From Octopus sinensis (taxonomy: Eukaryota), in assembly GCF_006345805.1 (NCBI RefSeq), contig NC_043000.1, positions 68,944,001-69,008,000 of the forward strand: a stretch of 64,000 bases of DNA, read 5' to 3'. A program made the position numbers and the translations under genes. Shown here one piece after another: positions 1-13,952 of this stretch (position 1 is its first letter; the number at the start of each line of letters is the position of its first letter). The notes below the pieces were generated by a model that made no database searches, had not been told where the DNA came from, and saw nothing but the letters and a program-made list of their open reading frames with translations.

Positions 1-180
1 TATTATTTATATCTCAAATAAGGTTTTCATCTAATTTTCTTTATGTACAGGTAGTTTTCAAATACTTTTTCCTCCATTTTTTCTTTTAATTTATTTAAAA
101 TTTGTTTATGAAATATTTTTCAACTTATTTAAACCTCACTCAGCACTAACTGAACTATTGTTTATAAATTTTTTCACTAA

Positions 181-363
<183 letters not shown>

Positions 364-2774
364 TAGATGCTAGCAAAATATAATTATTGAGATGCCATAT
401 AATTTCTGACATGGTTGCTTTTCTTGGTCCCAAAACTATACTCTCTTTGTTCTCTATCTATTTATAATTTAGTGAGTATTAGAATAAAGATCTTTCTAAT
501 AATTTTTTATGCTTTCCCTTTTTCACTCTCAAATCATCCTAGTCATTAACTGTTAATGACATAAATCATTTGTATTTAACTTTTAGAAATATTTTCAGTT
601 TTCATTCTTTATTAATATAGTTAAAATAAAGTTGATATTCATATATCATTTCTTTGAATACAAATATGGAAAAATAACATCAAAGTGTTTCTGAAGTTAG
701 TGTAATTCATAATTTTTTTTTCTTATTTCTATTGTAAGTTTGTTATAAAACTGAGCAACTTCAATCTGTATGTTTCATTTTCTTAAAATTTATTTTTTAA
801 TATTGTAGTGAAATTAGGCAATATTCATTTAACAAATTTGTTGAGTTGGAAGACAGCTGATATTTAGTAATTGACATATATAAAGAAGTGTTAATTAAAT
901 GAGCATGGCATCTTTATTATATTTTTCCATAGTATTTTTTCAAGAAATATTTTTATAGACTAAATTGTTTGTTACTTAAGTTTCCTTTTCTTAGTTGTTT
1001 CATTATTGTTCTATATTCAAAATTGAAAATGAAATAGCATTCTTAAACTTAATTATGATCAAACAGTATTAGCTAGATTTCTTGATATACATGTTATCAA
1101 CCTTCAATACGTTTGGAGAATAATAGTTTGTTTTGGTTTACATTCCAATGAACTGTATCTGTACAATACTTTTTATACAATGCAAAGTTTAGTTTGCTTT
1201 TGCTTTTGTAGTACCAAAGCAGTTCTCAGTGACCACCTACTTGTATTTCAACTTAGCATAGAAGTGACAAATAGACTTCATTTTATTTACTTGTGTATAC
1301 AGTTGTTATATCATCAATTCTTTGCTACACTATATTTCCCTAAAGCTGACTCCGTCAAACATGTTCATAATCACACAATTTTAATTTATAAATGAACTTA
1401 ATAATCTTCATGCAAATACCAAAAGTATTTGTAAAATATAAACTTTTAATTAATTTAAAATAAAATTCAAGTAGGAAGCAGGTAATTTCAACTGAAACTC
1501 AAGTCCACTTTACAGTTATTATACATTCCTCTAGATTTACTGGTTCCTGGATAAAAAGAAAACTTTTTATACATTGTTGTTTTTTTTAAAAATGTTTAAA
1601 AATTTGTTGTTTAATGACAAAAAAGAATATTTTAGAATTTATTTCAGAATTGACATTTAACAATTTCACTTAAATTTGTGACACACATGAAATGCAATTA
1701 AATAGTGTACTGTTACTAATTTTACACTAAATCATAAATAAAATTTTAGTGTCTCTTTTTTAAAATGGTCTTGTTTACTTAAGAAATGTCCCAATACATT
1801 AATAGATATTGTTTGATTTTTGTGTCAGTTCATTACAGATTTGACTTACAGAGCTACTTACTAAAACACAATGAAGACATGCACTAGGTTATGAAGTGTG
1901 AAGGAAATATACTGCAATAAAGCACTTCTTCATGTGCCTGGTCCTGAAAGAAGTCCATCATTTTCAGATCAACCCTAGCTATTATTTCCTGGCGCTCCAC
2001 CTCCCCCATCTCTATTACGTCTGTCTTCCTTAACTAAAACAAACGTTTTTGTTTTTTTTCAGTTTACATCACATTCACAAACCTACATAATAATCTCCCT
2101 TGGATGTATTCAGTCACTTTATCAACTCACTTTACCTTAAGTTAGTTAGGTATTACACATTACTGCACTCAACTTTTCCTGTAGTTAAATATTACACACA
2201 ATACACAACTTCTTTTCCAGTGACTGTTGATGATTATAATCATGATCGATTTGATCCTCAGCAGCCAGTGTTCATACTTCATGTGTAATCAGTTTTCAGT
2301 TGGGTTCTTATCAAAGCCTTTTCAGAATTCCTTACAAAGCTACTCACTAATGTGTGTCTGTCTGTCATGTTAATTTTTTTGACTCCACTCTGTTTTTCAG
2401 AGAGGGGAAAATACTAGCGAATCAGCAAACAGATTGGTGTGATTGTTCAATCTAACAATTAATAATGAACTGTGTGATATTTTTTCAATTAAAATTTTAA
2501 AATTGCCTCCCCTGCCTTTCTTGAGCCCACAACCATTTAACTAATGGTTCTCTTCAACGTTGAGGTAATTTTAGTTAATCGAAATTTCTTACAACATTAT
2601 GTTACCACCAATGTTACGATTTGGTTTTCATGCATATTATGTCAATGGGTATTTTACTCAAATCCTAGTAGTAAGTGAGATATGATAGGACTCAAAATCA
2701 TAATTTCTCAGCAATTCTTGCTTGCCCCCTTGATCAATGTCATTTAATCTTTTACAGAGCTATCTTTCTCTCTC

Positions 2775-2807
<33 letters not shown>

Positions 2808-2995
2808 ATGCTTGTATAGATAGATAAATAGACAGGTAGATAAATAAATCCTGGTAGGTTTTAAAGGTAGGCTATTTTCAGAAAAGCATTCAATTTGAGT
2901 TCTGGACTATCAACACTATGCCGAAATTCTTCAAGTGTAGAAGATCCAGGTTTCATGATGCTAACACCATTGTGTGGGTTTGGCAAAAAGTGAAT

Positions 2996-3287
2996 TATAA
3001 TCCAAGTAATAAGACAAAGAAAATTCCTTAACACATCTTTCATGATTCACTACAATTATTTCTGTACCAACTCTGCTTGCAACACCAGTTTACACAAAAA
3101 TTGTGACACAATGTGAAAACATACCTTTAATGAAGTGCCACTTTAATGTCTAAAACCATAAACATTACATATATTTTTGCCTTGAATTTTTGCGTAAACT
3201 GGTATTACAAGCAGAATTGGTTCAAAAACAATTCTAGTGAATCATTAAAGATGTGTTAAAGAATTTCTTTGTCTTTTTATTATTTAG

Positions 3288-3293
<6 letters not shown>
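2996..3293. repeat. Diverged inverted repeat, arms ~2996-3102 and 3185-3293
   Basis: catgattcactacaattatttctgtaccaactctgcttgcaacaccagtttacacaaaaatt is the approximate reverse complement of aatttttgcgtaaactggtattacaagcagaattggttcaaaaacaattctagtgaatcatt; ends in (TA)n. Confidence 0.8.
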
Positions 3294-3330
<37 letters not shown>

Positions 3331-3503
3331 TATATATATGATGACATAGATAGGTAGGGTAAAATCTCAGCTGTTACCTCTTGAAGAACATCTGCTTATT
3401 CCATTATTAGAATTCAGTATTTATTTGCTGTAGTTATAGTATAGATGCCAAATACAAATTGAAATTTCTGGAAATATTGTTTGCAAAATTATTGTATAAC
3501 AAA

Positions 3504-3782
3504 GCAGGAAGTTGGAAAATTTGGGGGTATTTTTTATTTACCATTACATATGTTTCATTTACTATTAGGAATTACAAAATTTTACATGTTAGATAACATG
3601 TAAAAAAAAAAAAACTTGTAAAAGATTTCTTATTAGAAACTATTCAGACTAAGAATTGAATAACACAAAATTTATGTCTGGATGAAGCATTTATATATAG
3701 TTAGTAATCAGGAGTAGTATAAGTAGTTGGGAGAAAGAGGAGGGCAAAATAAAAAAAAGGTAAGAGTTATATATACTCATAT

Positions 3783-3813
<31 letters not shown>

Positions 3814-4196
3814 ATTATACACATATATTATAAGTACATATATAAACACACATAGATATATACACACACATACATATATATATATAGATATATATACACA
3901 TTTACATACCCACATACATAGATTCATGCATATATATGTTTACATGCATACATCATCCCATGCTTATTTTGCTCTCTCTTCTTTCCTCCAACTACATGTA
4001 TTATTTCTGATTACTAACTATACATAAATGCTTCATCCAGATGTAAATTTTGTATTATTCAATTCTCATTCTGAATAATTTCTAATAGGAAAATCTTTTA
4101 CATGTCTGTCTAACGTAAAACTTTGTTAATTCCTATTAGCAAAGGAAACACATGTAATGGAGAATAAATAATACCAAAATAGTTCTAACTTCCTGC
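3504..4196. mobile_element. MITE/foldback-like element with ~200-bp diverged inverted arms
   Basis: Arms 3504-3711 and 4007-4196 (e.g. tctggatgaagcatttatatatagttagtaatcag vs ctgattactaactatacataaatgcttcatccaga); CA/TA microsatellite centre. Confidence 0.7.
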
Positions 4197-4418
4197 AAAA
4201 AATATTTGCAACTTCTTCTTTTGTTTTATATTTATATATATATATATATATATTTGATCATATATATATATATGATTGTGTGATAAGAAGTTCACTTCCC
4301 AACTACATGGTCCCAGATTTGGTCCCACTGCATAGCACTTTGGGCAAAAGTTTTCAACTCTAGCCCCAGGCTGATCAAAGCTTTGTGGGTGGGTTTAGGA
4401 GATGGAAACTAAAGAAAC

Positions 4419-4483
<65 letters not shown>

Positions 4484-4487
<4 letters not shown>

Positions 4488-6820
4488 AAACAAGTCAAGA
4501 TAGAAAATGCTAAAATAATTTTATAAAGAACATTTCAGTACCGGTTTCGGTCATTTGAGACCTTTTCAACTGTAACAATTAAATATAGAAAAATTAGATT
4601 TAGAAAAATTAAAAGAAAAGTTTTTTTAAAAGAATATTTGTATAGTGTTCAAATATAAGTGGCATTCTGCCTTTCTCTGTCTCTCTTGTTTACTCTTGTG
4701 GGTTCAAGGTCCATGGGAATTCTTGGTAGGGAAGGAGGAGGAGGAGGGGAGGAAGAATTTGGGATTGCCTTGATTGTCGTTGGTCAGTGGTTGCTAGCAG
4801 TTCCTGCTGTTCAATTCATGAAAATATTTCTATTGAAAGGTTTGTTTATAGAAGTTGTGTAGGTGTTATACTAAAAAGCTAAAGTTAGAAGAAGAGGGGG
4901 GAGAAGAAGAAGATGATGATGACGATGATGATGATGATGAAGAAGAAGAAAGAGAAGGGAGAATATAAATGGAAGTAGTGGGATGTTGGATGACAGAGCA
5001 GGTTAGTGTATATATCAGGTTCTCCAAAGCACATGTGAAGTTGCTTTTCACTGTGAACCTTGTCCCTGTTTGAAGGAGAACTCTGATCCCTCAATTAGAT
5101 AATCGCATATCCCGCAATTGGGTCTTCCACATTTTTTTACTGTCGTCTTCTGTGTTGATGAGTGTATTCGGGCTTGTGTTAGGAGACTTTTGATAGATTT
5201 GGGCTGTCTCTTGCTTTTTATAATCATATGTGTTTGGAGGATTAAGTTCATCCTGTGGTCTTTTTGTAGCAGGGGTATGTTTTGGAGGATGGTGTCGAAG
5301 GCTTCATTGTTGAGAGGGTTGTGTGTGGAGATGTATGGTAAGGCTTTTGGTCGTAAATTTTTCTTTAATTTGGGATGTCTGAGTTCCTGGATGTTGAGTT
5401 GAAGGGCACGTTGAATGCATATGTCAATTAGTGAAGGTGGGTAGTTCCTGGTGATGAAGGTATCTTTTAGTTCATGTAGTCGTGTGTCTCTGGTGTTTGC
5501 ATTAGAAACTATAGTGCATATCCTTTTTGCTAGATTGAAGGGGATATTCATTCTGGTGTGTCTGGGGTGGCATGAATTAAAAGGAAGATATTGCTTAGAA
5601 TCCGTAGGCTTGTAGTATATATCTGTTTCTATTACATTATTAGATTTCTTAATGAGGATATCAAGGAAGGGGGAGTTGTTGCTGGCTATATTCCATCGTG
5701 AATTGGATGTTTACGTCCAGTCCATTTAAAATTGCTTGGAATTCTTTGAGTTTCTCTATATTTTCATGCCAAAGAATGAAACAGTCATCTAGGTATCTCT
5801 TCCAGTTGTTTTCTATGTAGAGGGAGAAAGGGCTGCCATATCTTTCTAGAACCTTACAATACTGATTTCTAGATATCCCATGACTAGGTTGGCAAAGGAA
5901 GGGGCCATTCATGTACCCATCGCAGTCCCCGATTTTTGTTGGTAGAAGTTGTCTTTGAAGGCGAAGTAGTTATTTTCCAGGATGAATTTAACCCCTTCTA
6001 TCACAAATTCTTTTTTGATGTGATGTGAGAGTTCGTTGGCGTGATTCTCTAGCCAGAATTGAATTGCCTCTATTCCTAGGCTGTGGGGGATATTGGAATA
6101 GAGGTTGACTACATCGAAGGATACTAGTAGGGTATTTTTGTTTATAGTATTAGGCAGGTGATTGAGCATATCCAGGTCATCCCTTATATAGCTTTTGATA
6201 TGTTTGAGGAGTGGTTGTAAGAGGGTATCTAAAAAGTTACTCAGGCGGTGGGTTTCGCATGCAGGACCTGCTATTATAGGTTTAAATTTGAGATCATTAG
6301 GATTAGGAACTTTAATTATTTTGTCTGTGGCTATCTTGCATGCGTTACTTTTTTTCTCACTTTTGTGTATCTTGGGAATACCGTAGAATTGGCTGGTTTT
6401 ACTTGTGAAATTTGTCATATAGTCATATTCTTTATCAGTGAGCCCTTCTTTGTATGGGGTTAACATGGATTTTAGATCCCTCATTATTTTTTTGTTGACT
6501 GTAGCTTTGGGCCTTTTTATAATATGTCGTGTCTTCCAACATAGAAAGTACTAAAGTTATGTAAAATGTTGTGTCCATTAAAACAACTGCACTCCCTTTA
6601 TCGGCCTCTTTGTTTGTTATTGTTTCGTCATGTTTTAATTTGTTCAGCTCAGCCCATTCTTTTTTGCTGAAGTTTGGTTTGTGTTTTTGTTTGTGCTTGT
6701 GTTGATATGGGTAATTCGAGATGTGTTCACAGAAATGATCAAGTGTTTTGTTCTTACCTTTTGAGGGGGTGTAGTTACTCCTATTTCTGACTAACGATTC
6801 GTCCTCGTTGAATTTGTCGA
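4484..6820 (-). mobile_element. Penelope-like retroelement, frameshifted RT and truncated GIY-YIG, 5' truncated
   Basis: ORF pieces carry KEADKGSAVV, FYGIPKIHK, FDVVNLYSNIP, QQKSGTAMGT, RYLDDCF, CGRPNCGIC and NFTC..ENLIYTLTC (endonuclease cut off after this); both ends lie in (TA)n; hammerhead near the 3' end. Confidence 0.9.
4536..4572 (-). ncRNA. Minimal type I hammerhead ribozyme, U3-A8 variant
   Basis: CAG UUGAAAA GGUC ucaaau GACC GAAA CCGG UA/CUG: stem I CAG/CUG, stem II GGUC/GACC, palindromic ACCGGU in place of stem III, GUA cleavage triplet. Confidence 0.75.
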
Positions 6821-6835
6821 ATATATATATATATA

Positions 6836-7328
6836 TCTGTTGAGGCAAGTGAAAATCAAAATCAAACCAAATCAAAATAGATGAACATCAATGGAATTTG
6901 TATCTTTGTGGTACCAGTGCCGGTGGCACATAAGAAAACCATCCGAACGTGGCCGTAGCCAGTACCGCATCGACTGGCCTCCGTGCTGTGGGCACGTAAC
7001 AAACACCATCCGATCGTGGCTGTTCGCCAGCCTCGTCTGGCGCCTGTGTCGGTGGCACATAAAAAACACCATCCGAGCGTGGCCGTCTGCCAGCCTCATC
7101 TGGCACCTGTGTCGGTGGCACATAAAAAACACCATCCGAGCGTGGCCGTTCGCCAGCCTCGTCTGGCACCTGTGTCGGTGGCACATAAAATCACCCACTA
7201 CACTCTCGGAGTGGTTGGCGTTAGGAAGGGCATCCAGCTGTAGAAACACTGCCAGATCCGACTGGCCTGGTGCAGCCTTCGGGCTCCCCAGACCCCAGTT
7301 GAAGCGGACGTTAAATGATGATGATGAT
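6836..7328 (+). mobile_element. RTE LINE 3' UTR fragment with 63-bp internal repeats and (ATG)n tail
   Basis: Near-identical in reverse orientation to 19105-19700; ends ...gcggacgttaaatgatgatgatgat. Confidence 0.85.
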
Positions 7329-7817
7329 ATATATGCATGTCTTTGTATTTGTCCACTACCACCACTTGACAATTGGTGCTGGTTTGTTTACAGCCCCATA
7401 ACTTAGGGGTTTGAGAAAACCAACTAACAGAATAAGTACCAGGTTTTAAAAGAGATAAGTACTGAAATCAATTCATTTGACTTAAACCCTTCAAGCTGTT
7501 ATCTCAGCATGGCTGCAATCTAATGACTGAAATAAATAAAAGATCATATATATATACATTGTTGATGATACTCAATAAATCAAAATACCAGAATTGTTTT
7601 GAGATTTCCTAGCATTTTTGTAAAATCACAAACTAATTTTTCAAACTTGCTATATAGCATTGCTTCTATACAGACATAACCATTTGCTAAATTTATTTAA
7701 AATGAAAATTGTATACCCAGCAGCACTGATAACATCAAATAAATTAAGTTTTTTTACTAAAAAAAAATATCCTCTATTAACTCAAGATATATTGCAACAA
7801 TATAAAGTTTTTGGTGG

Positions 7818-8355
7818 AATTCTGGTTTAAGCACCCCATATAAATAACACCTCATATCTTTTTTATTTTTGGAATTTTCAGAAAAGTTTTACAAAAATTT
7901 GTGTTTTACACATGGAGTTCATACAATTATGCAAAAAAAAATTTTGTGTGCAATTTAAGGGGGATTTAGCTGTTATTTTCAGCACATCCAACGACCATAT
8001 AATATCTTCCTCATTTCTTTGTCACTGTGATCTGTATTGATGTTTTTCAGTATTTTTCTTCCCACAAATGCATTTAATGGAATGATGATGTACCCAAAAG
8101 TGTTCCATTGCTGAGATTTAAGCAAAAAATTCAAACTATCCTTAATTTAAACTCTGATTTTAAAACAAAAAATTTTAAAAAAAAGAGTAGAAATTTTTGG
8201 ATTTATGGGGAGTGGGTCAGGTTTAAAAAATTTGAAAAAGAATTTTTCTTCATAATTGTATGAATTCCCATGTATAGAATACAAATTTACAAAAATTTTC
8301 TGTAAACTCCAAAAAATGAAAATGTGGAGTTATGTGTGGTGCTTAAACCAGAATT
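7818..8355. mobile_element. MITE-like element with ~120-bp diverged terminal inverted repeats
   Basis: aattctggtttaagcacc...atacaattatg at left and cataattgtatg...ggtgcttaaaccagaatt at right. Confidence 0.7.
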
Positions 8356-8449
8356 GTTCCAATTTATTTTTATGTTGCAGTGTAGAGCCATGTCAGACCT
8401 GACTGAGCAGACCTACAGCTTGTAGGTAGTTGGTCACATAACAAGATGT

Positions 8450-9560
8450 ATTCCATACATGATGCAGTGATTAATTATATATAGAGCAGTACATAGTCTA
8501 AGCATGCTGAACTTACTTCTCTATACAGCATGTTTCTGAATATCAGATTCTGGTGGTGATCATAATAGTTGATTCTGCTATTTTTGTGGGTGCTTCTTTA
8601 TTTGTCTGGATTTAGTAGCAGGACCGAGGGATAGTGTTTTCAGGATGGTGCTATAGTAGCATTCTAGAGTATTGTAGCTATGTCAGTTTGGGGATGATTG
8701 TGCTTTTCATGGCAAGACTGTAAGAATTGTAGCTTACTGTAGCAATAAATTGTGCCCTTGCATGTCTGGATGGTTTATCCTTTTAAATTTTTTTGTTTTG
8801 TTGTGCCAGTAGTTTGTAGCTGTGCTCTCCATATGTTCTTTGTAGTTTATGATTTGTTGTACAGGTAAATCTATGATCGATCAAAAGTACTGTTTGTAAT
8901 CTAATGTTATTTCTTTGTAATAGTAAAATGTGGTACCTGAACATGTTCTTAGTATATCTGTTACTTTCTTTATGGTTTTTACAAGTGCTGTAAATGTTTC
9001 AGAGGTGTTGTATGCAATGTCTAGTACTTTTGTTGTTTGTGTTGCTGGTGAGAAGAGATGGTGTTTTGAAGCCAGATTTCTCAGGACTACTGGTAAGATG
9101 TGAATGTGATGTTACCTGAGATCAAACTATGTTTTGAGGCATGGGAAGGTTGTGTTGATACAAGTTGAAAAGTGTAGGTGCAAGCTGGGTCTTTGTGTTA
9201 TTCCATTTGACAAATAGCAGATTATAGGTAAGATATTGTATGTTAATTCTGCTTGCTGGTCCAAGAGATTGTTCACAATCCAACATTTTGCGTAGTTTCT
9301 TAATTAGGTAGTGAAAGATGGACTCAAATGCTTTACTGGTATCATTGGTAGTTAAGATGGCAGAGACTAAAAGTTATGTATTTTTTGTCTTTGGTGAATG
9401 AGTAATGTGATGGTTGAATATAGCAGTTTGAATCTGGTGTGTAATTTGGGGAATGTGAAGGTTAGTGATATCAAAGATGCATCTTTCTAAAGGTTTTGAA
9501 GGTGTATTTAAGGAGGTAATAGGTCTGTGGGATTCTATAACTCTTAAGTAATAAAAAGAA
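8450..9560 (-). mobile_element. Heavily decayed non-LTR retrotransposon RT fragment
   Basis: Minus-strand remnants HRPITSLNTPSKPLERCI (YRPISLL..SKLLE-like) and NGITQRPS-LAPTLFNLY.HNLP (GVPQGS-like); many stops. Confidence 0.65.
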
Positions 9561-9899
9561 GCTATGCTGGGAAACATCAGAAATGGTAAAAAGTGAAAGC
9601 AATAAATCTTGCATAAAATGAAAAACCAAATATACTCACACTTATATAGACAGTGGTACACTAACATTCATAGCTACACAACTAAGAATATTAAAAGCAA
9701 ATGAGACCTTCTATATAGTCATTCCACCTGTTAGAAATAGCAGCTAAACCTCCTAGTTAAAAACTACCCATTTAATAAAAGGACAAAGTGGATAATGTAA
9801 ATCCAGTGGTAATTTGATTGATTTGTGTCAGTGTAGCAAGGGAACATCCAAAAAGTCTTGGTAGAAAAACAACAGAAAAGAGAACATGCTGAGAAGAAT

Positions 9900-11730
9900 A
9901 AATGGAAGAAAATTCAACATTTCAGGTAGTGCCTTTTTTCACAACAAACTGAATGGGCTCAGCAACTCTGACTGCGTCACTGACCTCAGCCAGTGTCCCT
10001 CACAAGGGGCAATTCAGGACCTTGGATCTGTTCATAAATTTGTATTCATTGGACCATCTCAATTTTCAGAGGTGTTTAAGAAACCTTAGCAACACCCAGG
10101 AGAAACTTGACTGACACAACAGTCAAACCAGCCAACAATGGTTGATGTGGTAGTTTGACCTCAACAACATTGAAATGCTTCAGCAGCACCTTGATGCCTT
10201 TACTGTAAACTGTTCCTTGAAACCTTTACTCCTCACAACTAAAATCTCATCCATAACCATTTGTCAACTCATTTTGCTCTTTCCCCCTCCCAACAGCTAT
10301 CAACCTTTATCCTGCACACCACATACGTTCATAATTTGCTTCCTCCTCATGATTTATAAGGCTAACATCATTTCTGAAACCGGTTTATCTCCAAATACCT
10401 TGATCACCTCTTCCCACCTTGGTTGCAGCTTTTCACACATTCCTGTCACCAACCACACCATGTTCCACTTAAACTCCTCTTTCCCCACCTGGCCTCTCAG
10501 TTTCTTTTCACTACTGATATTAAGTCACTCTATATTTTCATTCCACAAGACCCTAGTGTTCAAGCTGTAAAATATTCTCATGATTATTACATTGTTTGGG
10601 CCCAGTGACGCTACATTTATCCTCTCTCTAAACTACTTCTCTTAGGGATTCCTACCAGATCACTTGGTTAGCCATAGGCATCAGGACAGGCCTCAACTGC
10701 ATCAACCTGTTTGTCAATCATACTGAGACAGAAATCTTCCCTTAACCCACCCTGAAGCTAGACGTTGCAATATTGACTATATTGGCATGCACCAATTCCA
10801 TCCATCTGGCCTTAAATTTCATACCCATTACCCACTTCCTGGACACCTGTTTCTGTTGATCACACTAACCTTTTTACCTCCATTTTAACAATCTCATCAG
10901 CTCTTATTATTTTGACTTTATCTCATCAAGTCTTTTATCAACACTTAATCACATTTCCTTTGTCTCACTACCTTCATAATTGAGAATCCAACTGCCACAC
11001 CACATAAATGATTAATACTGCTTGCTGTCATGCATACACTTTTGACTGTGTCTCTATCCTCTTTCCTCATATCTGTCCCACCACAAAACAGCTCCCTATT
11101 TTCCCCATCTTACTTCTCCAACCTACCATCTTATGGAGCTTCAACCTTCTCCAATCCGATCCCACCATTTCCTACATCTCCCTTGGATACCCTTTTATTC
11201 AAATGGAATCACAATCTACATGACCTAGTGCATAGTACCTTCATCCAACATTCACTCTTTTGTCCAAAACATCCCCATCCTATCAGGACCTAAGTCATCT
11301 TTTCATATTGCTGACTGGCTCACCAACAAGAACATTATTTACTGTATGAAACACTAAATCTGCAATTTGTTGTATACTGAAGAAAACAGTTAGTGTTTTG
11401 CAAATCATTATAGGAATATTATTTAGATGTTTGCTGCTACTATAGAAGAGCACTTCAATCTATAGATCAGTACTTTAATCTTACTGGTCACATATACCAG
11501 GATGATATCATTTGTAGTGTTGTTTTACACAAAATATCTCGTCACTAGCTTGTATTGTCAATACTTGATCTAACTAAATGCAGCTTACCTAGTTAGGATT
11601 GATAATTATGTTGCTTTCCTTCTATAAACACAGCCTTCCTCCTTAACATCCCTTTATATTGACATGCTCTGCACTTCTGAAGACCATTGAAATAAAAGAT
11701 CCTTTAATTGGAAAACAAGTAAGCTTAGTG
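9900..11730 (+). mobile_element. Old Penelope-like element remnant
   Basis: FLFTTDIKSLYIFIP (RT motif), IYKAN (IHK-like), KNIIYCM..ICNLLYTEEN (GIY-YIG-like); degenerate CUGAAGA...GUA hammerhead-like string at 11674-11724. Confidence 0.6.
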
Positions 11731-12099
11731 ACAGAAAGTGCACTTGGCTGTAAAATGTTGCCTCAACACATGCAAGAATGGGAAAATAGACATTAAATAA
11801 ACAAATACACACACACACACACACATTCAATTATGAATTAGAAGTAGTGCCAATGTTGTAAACATTATCAACTGCCCATACTCAATGTATGTTCTTTGCT
11901 TGCTTGTTTGCTGGTACTCGACAGTTTAGCATGGTGTGGGATGACTCCCTCAAAATGGTGAGTGTTAAAAAACTTGAAAGCCACAGACAGGCAAAACAGC
12001 TTGCCCTTAATCCCAGTATATATATATATATATATATATTATTCCCTCTGGAATAATATTAATGTTTTCTTTGAAACATGTCCGAAGTATTTCTCTCTC

Positions 12100-12511
12100 A
12101 TTCTCTTTTACTTGTTTCAGTCATTTGACTGCGGCCATGCTGGAGCACCACCTTTATTCGAGCAAATCAACCCCAGGACTTATTCTTTGGAAGCTTAGTA
12201 CTTATTCTATTGGTCTTTTTTCCCGAACTGCTAACTTACGGGGAAGTAAACACACCACCATCAGTTGTCAAGCGATGTTGGGGGAATAAACACAGACACA
12301 CAAACATATACACATACATACTCATATATATATACATATATACGATGGGGGGCTTCTTTCAGTTTCCGTCTACCATATCCACTCACAAGGCTTTGGTCAG
12401 CCCGAGGCTATAGTAGAAGACACTTGCGCAAGGTACCATGCAGTGGGAATGAACCCGGAACCATGTGGTTGGTAAGCAAGCTACTTACCACACAGCCATT
12501 CCTGTGCCTAT
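12100..12511 (-). mobile_element. tRNA-derived octopus-type SINE
   Basis: Head ggctgtgtggtaagtagcttgcttaccaaccacatggttccgggttcattcccactgc and tail gactgaaacaagtaaaagag; many paralogues in this window. Confidence 0.85.
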
Positions 12512-12748
12512 AAAGATTTGAATAATACGTTTGACTCCATCCTTTAACGTCCGCTTTCCATGCTAGTATGGGTTGGATGATTGGACTGAGGACTGGCGAA
12601 CCAGATATATATATATATCTGTAAATATAATATGTGACAATTATTCAGTAGCCATGATAAAACTCCGAGTTATATTTACCGATAAATTCCTCTATTTACA
12701 TAATATCGAGGTCTCTTTCATTCTTTTCTTGTCTTACCATTTCTATTT

Positions 12749-12780
<32 letters not shown>

Positions 12781-12818
12781 ATGTATATATTAAAACATAA
12801 AGTTAAAATCTGGTCGTT

Positions 12819-12878
12819 GAGTTACCAATGGTTTTGTATCCATGAAAGCTACAGCCTTGTGGACAGTTTATCAGACTC
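12819..12878 (-). ncRNA. Decayed type I hammerhead ribozyme (PLE terminal remnant)
   Basis: GAGU CUGAUAA ..GUCCA..UGGAUAC AAAA CCAUUGG UA ACUC: stem I GAGU/ACUC intact; core has G8A and G12A changes. Confidence 0.45.
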
Positions 12879-13690
12879 TACAAAGACAAAATTTAACTTC
12901 CTACCTCGCAGATTTGAAGAAATGCTAGGATAACAAGGTTTAGCGGCTAACGTAAAGAACGTTAATGAGGACGGGTTATCTCCCCTGGACAGCCAGCCGA
13001 TAAGAAAACTGTTAGTCTCGTAATAGCCTAACCATTTACCCTAATCTCCAGAGTACACAAACTCATACTTCATCACTTCTCACCTCTGCCCTCTTTTGCC
13101 CATGAAACTACATTCAGCACAACACTTGTGCTGTTCCACTTCCATTCTATGCTGTTTTTTGTTTTGCCTACTTTTTATATGACCTTCTTTTGTGTTCCAA
13201 ATGAAGGAACAGTCTGAAATGTTGTCTCTACTTCACAATGTAATTATACTCCTGTTACTTAGTCAAGAGATAAAGCAGTGTCCAAGACCATTTTTCAGGA
13301 TCTCTCAAAATGGAGGAAGTAGCTTCAAACCAGATACCTGGCCAAAATGCCTATAAGAGAGTGAATTCAGCTAAAGGCACCCAAAGCAATGGCTTTAAAC
13401 TGAATAACGTATTAAGTCTACCACCTAAATAGACACCAGAAATATTTCAACTCAGAAAGTAAGAGCCAGAACAAATGCATACCAGTCAATGTTCTAACAA
13501 CTCCACTAGTCCATTACTTCATTTATTGACTCTAGATAGACAAAAGGCAAAGTTGAACTCAGAACACAAGACACAATATAAACTACAAGTCATTTCCTTG
13601 TGACTTTTTGGGTAATGTATCCCAAAGAAAGGATGCGATGGGCAAAGCTGTAATGCTTTGATCATTGGTTGGCTCAGTCAGTGCATTCTG

Positions 13691-13738
13691 GTGTTATACA
13701 ACAACATAAAACTTTAAAAATGCACATAATTGTTTATT
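13691..13738 (-). terminator. Probable ZDHHC4 polyadenylation signal
   Basis: AATAAA on the minus strand at 13738-13733, followed ~25 nt later by GU-rich gttttatgttgttgt; ~215 nt after the stop codon. Confidence 0.6.
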
Positions 13739-13952
13739 CTCATTTGCTAGTTTCACACACACACACACACACACAATACCTGAAATATATACAATAGAGA
13801 ATTAATTCCTGTGTATTTTCTTATTTCAAATAGGTGGCATAAAAGACGATCTCTATTGCACCACAGAATCTACATCAGACCTAGGTTTAACTGGAGTGAA
13901 TGACCATATGCAATTCCATATTCTAAGGAAAAGAAAAAACTTGATTACCATT

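Noticed and set aside
13192-13228. Hammerhead-like ccaaatgaaggaacagtctgaaatgtt
   Set aside because: Core too degenerate and no stem I.
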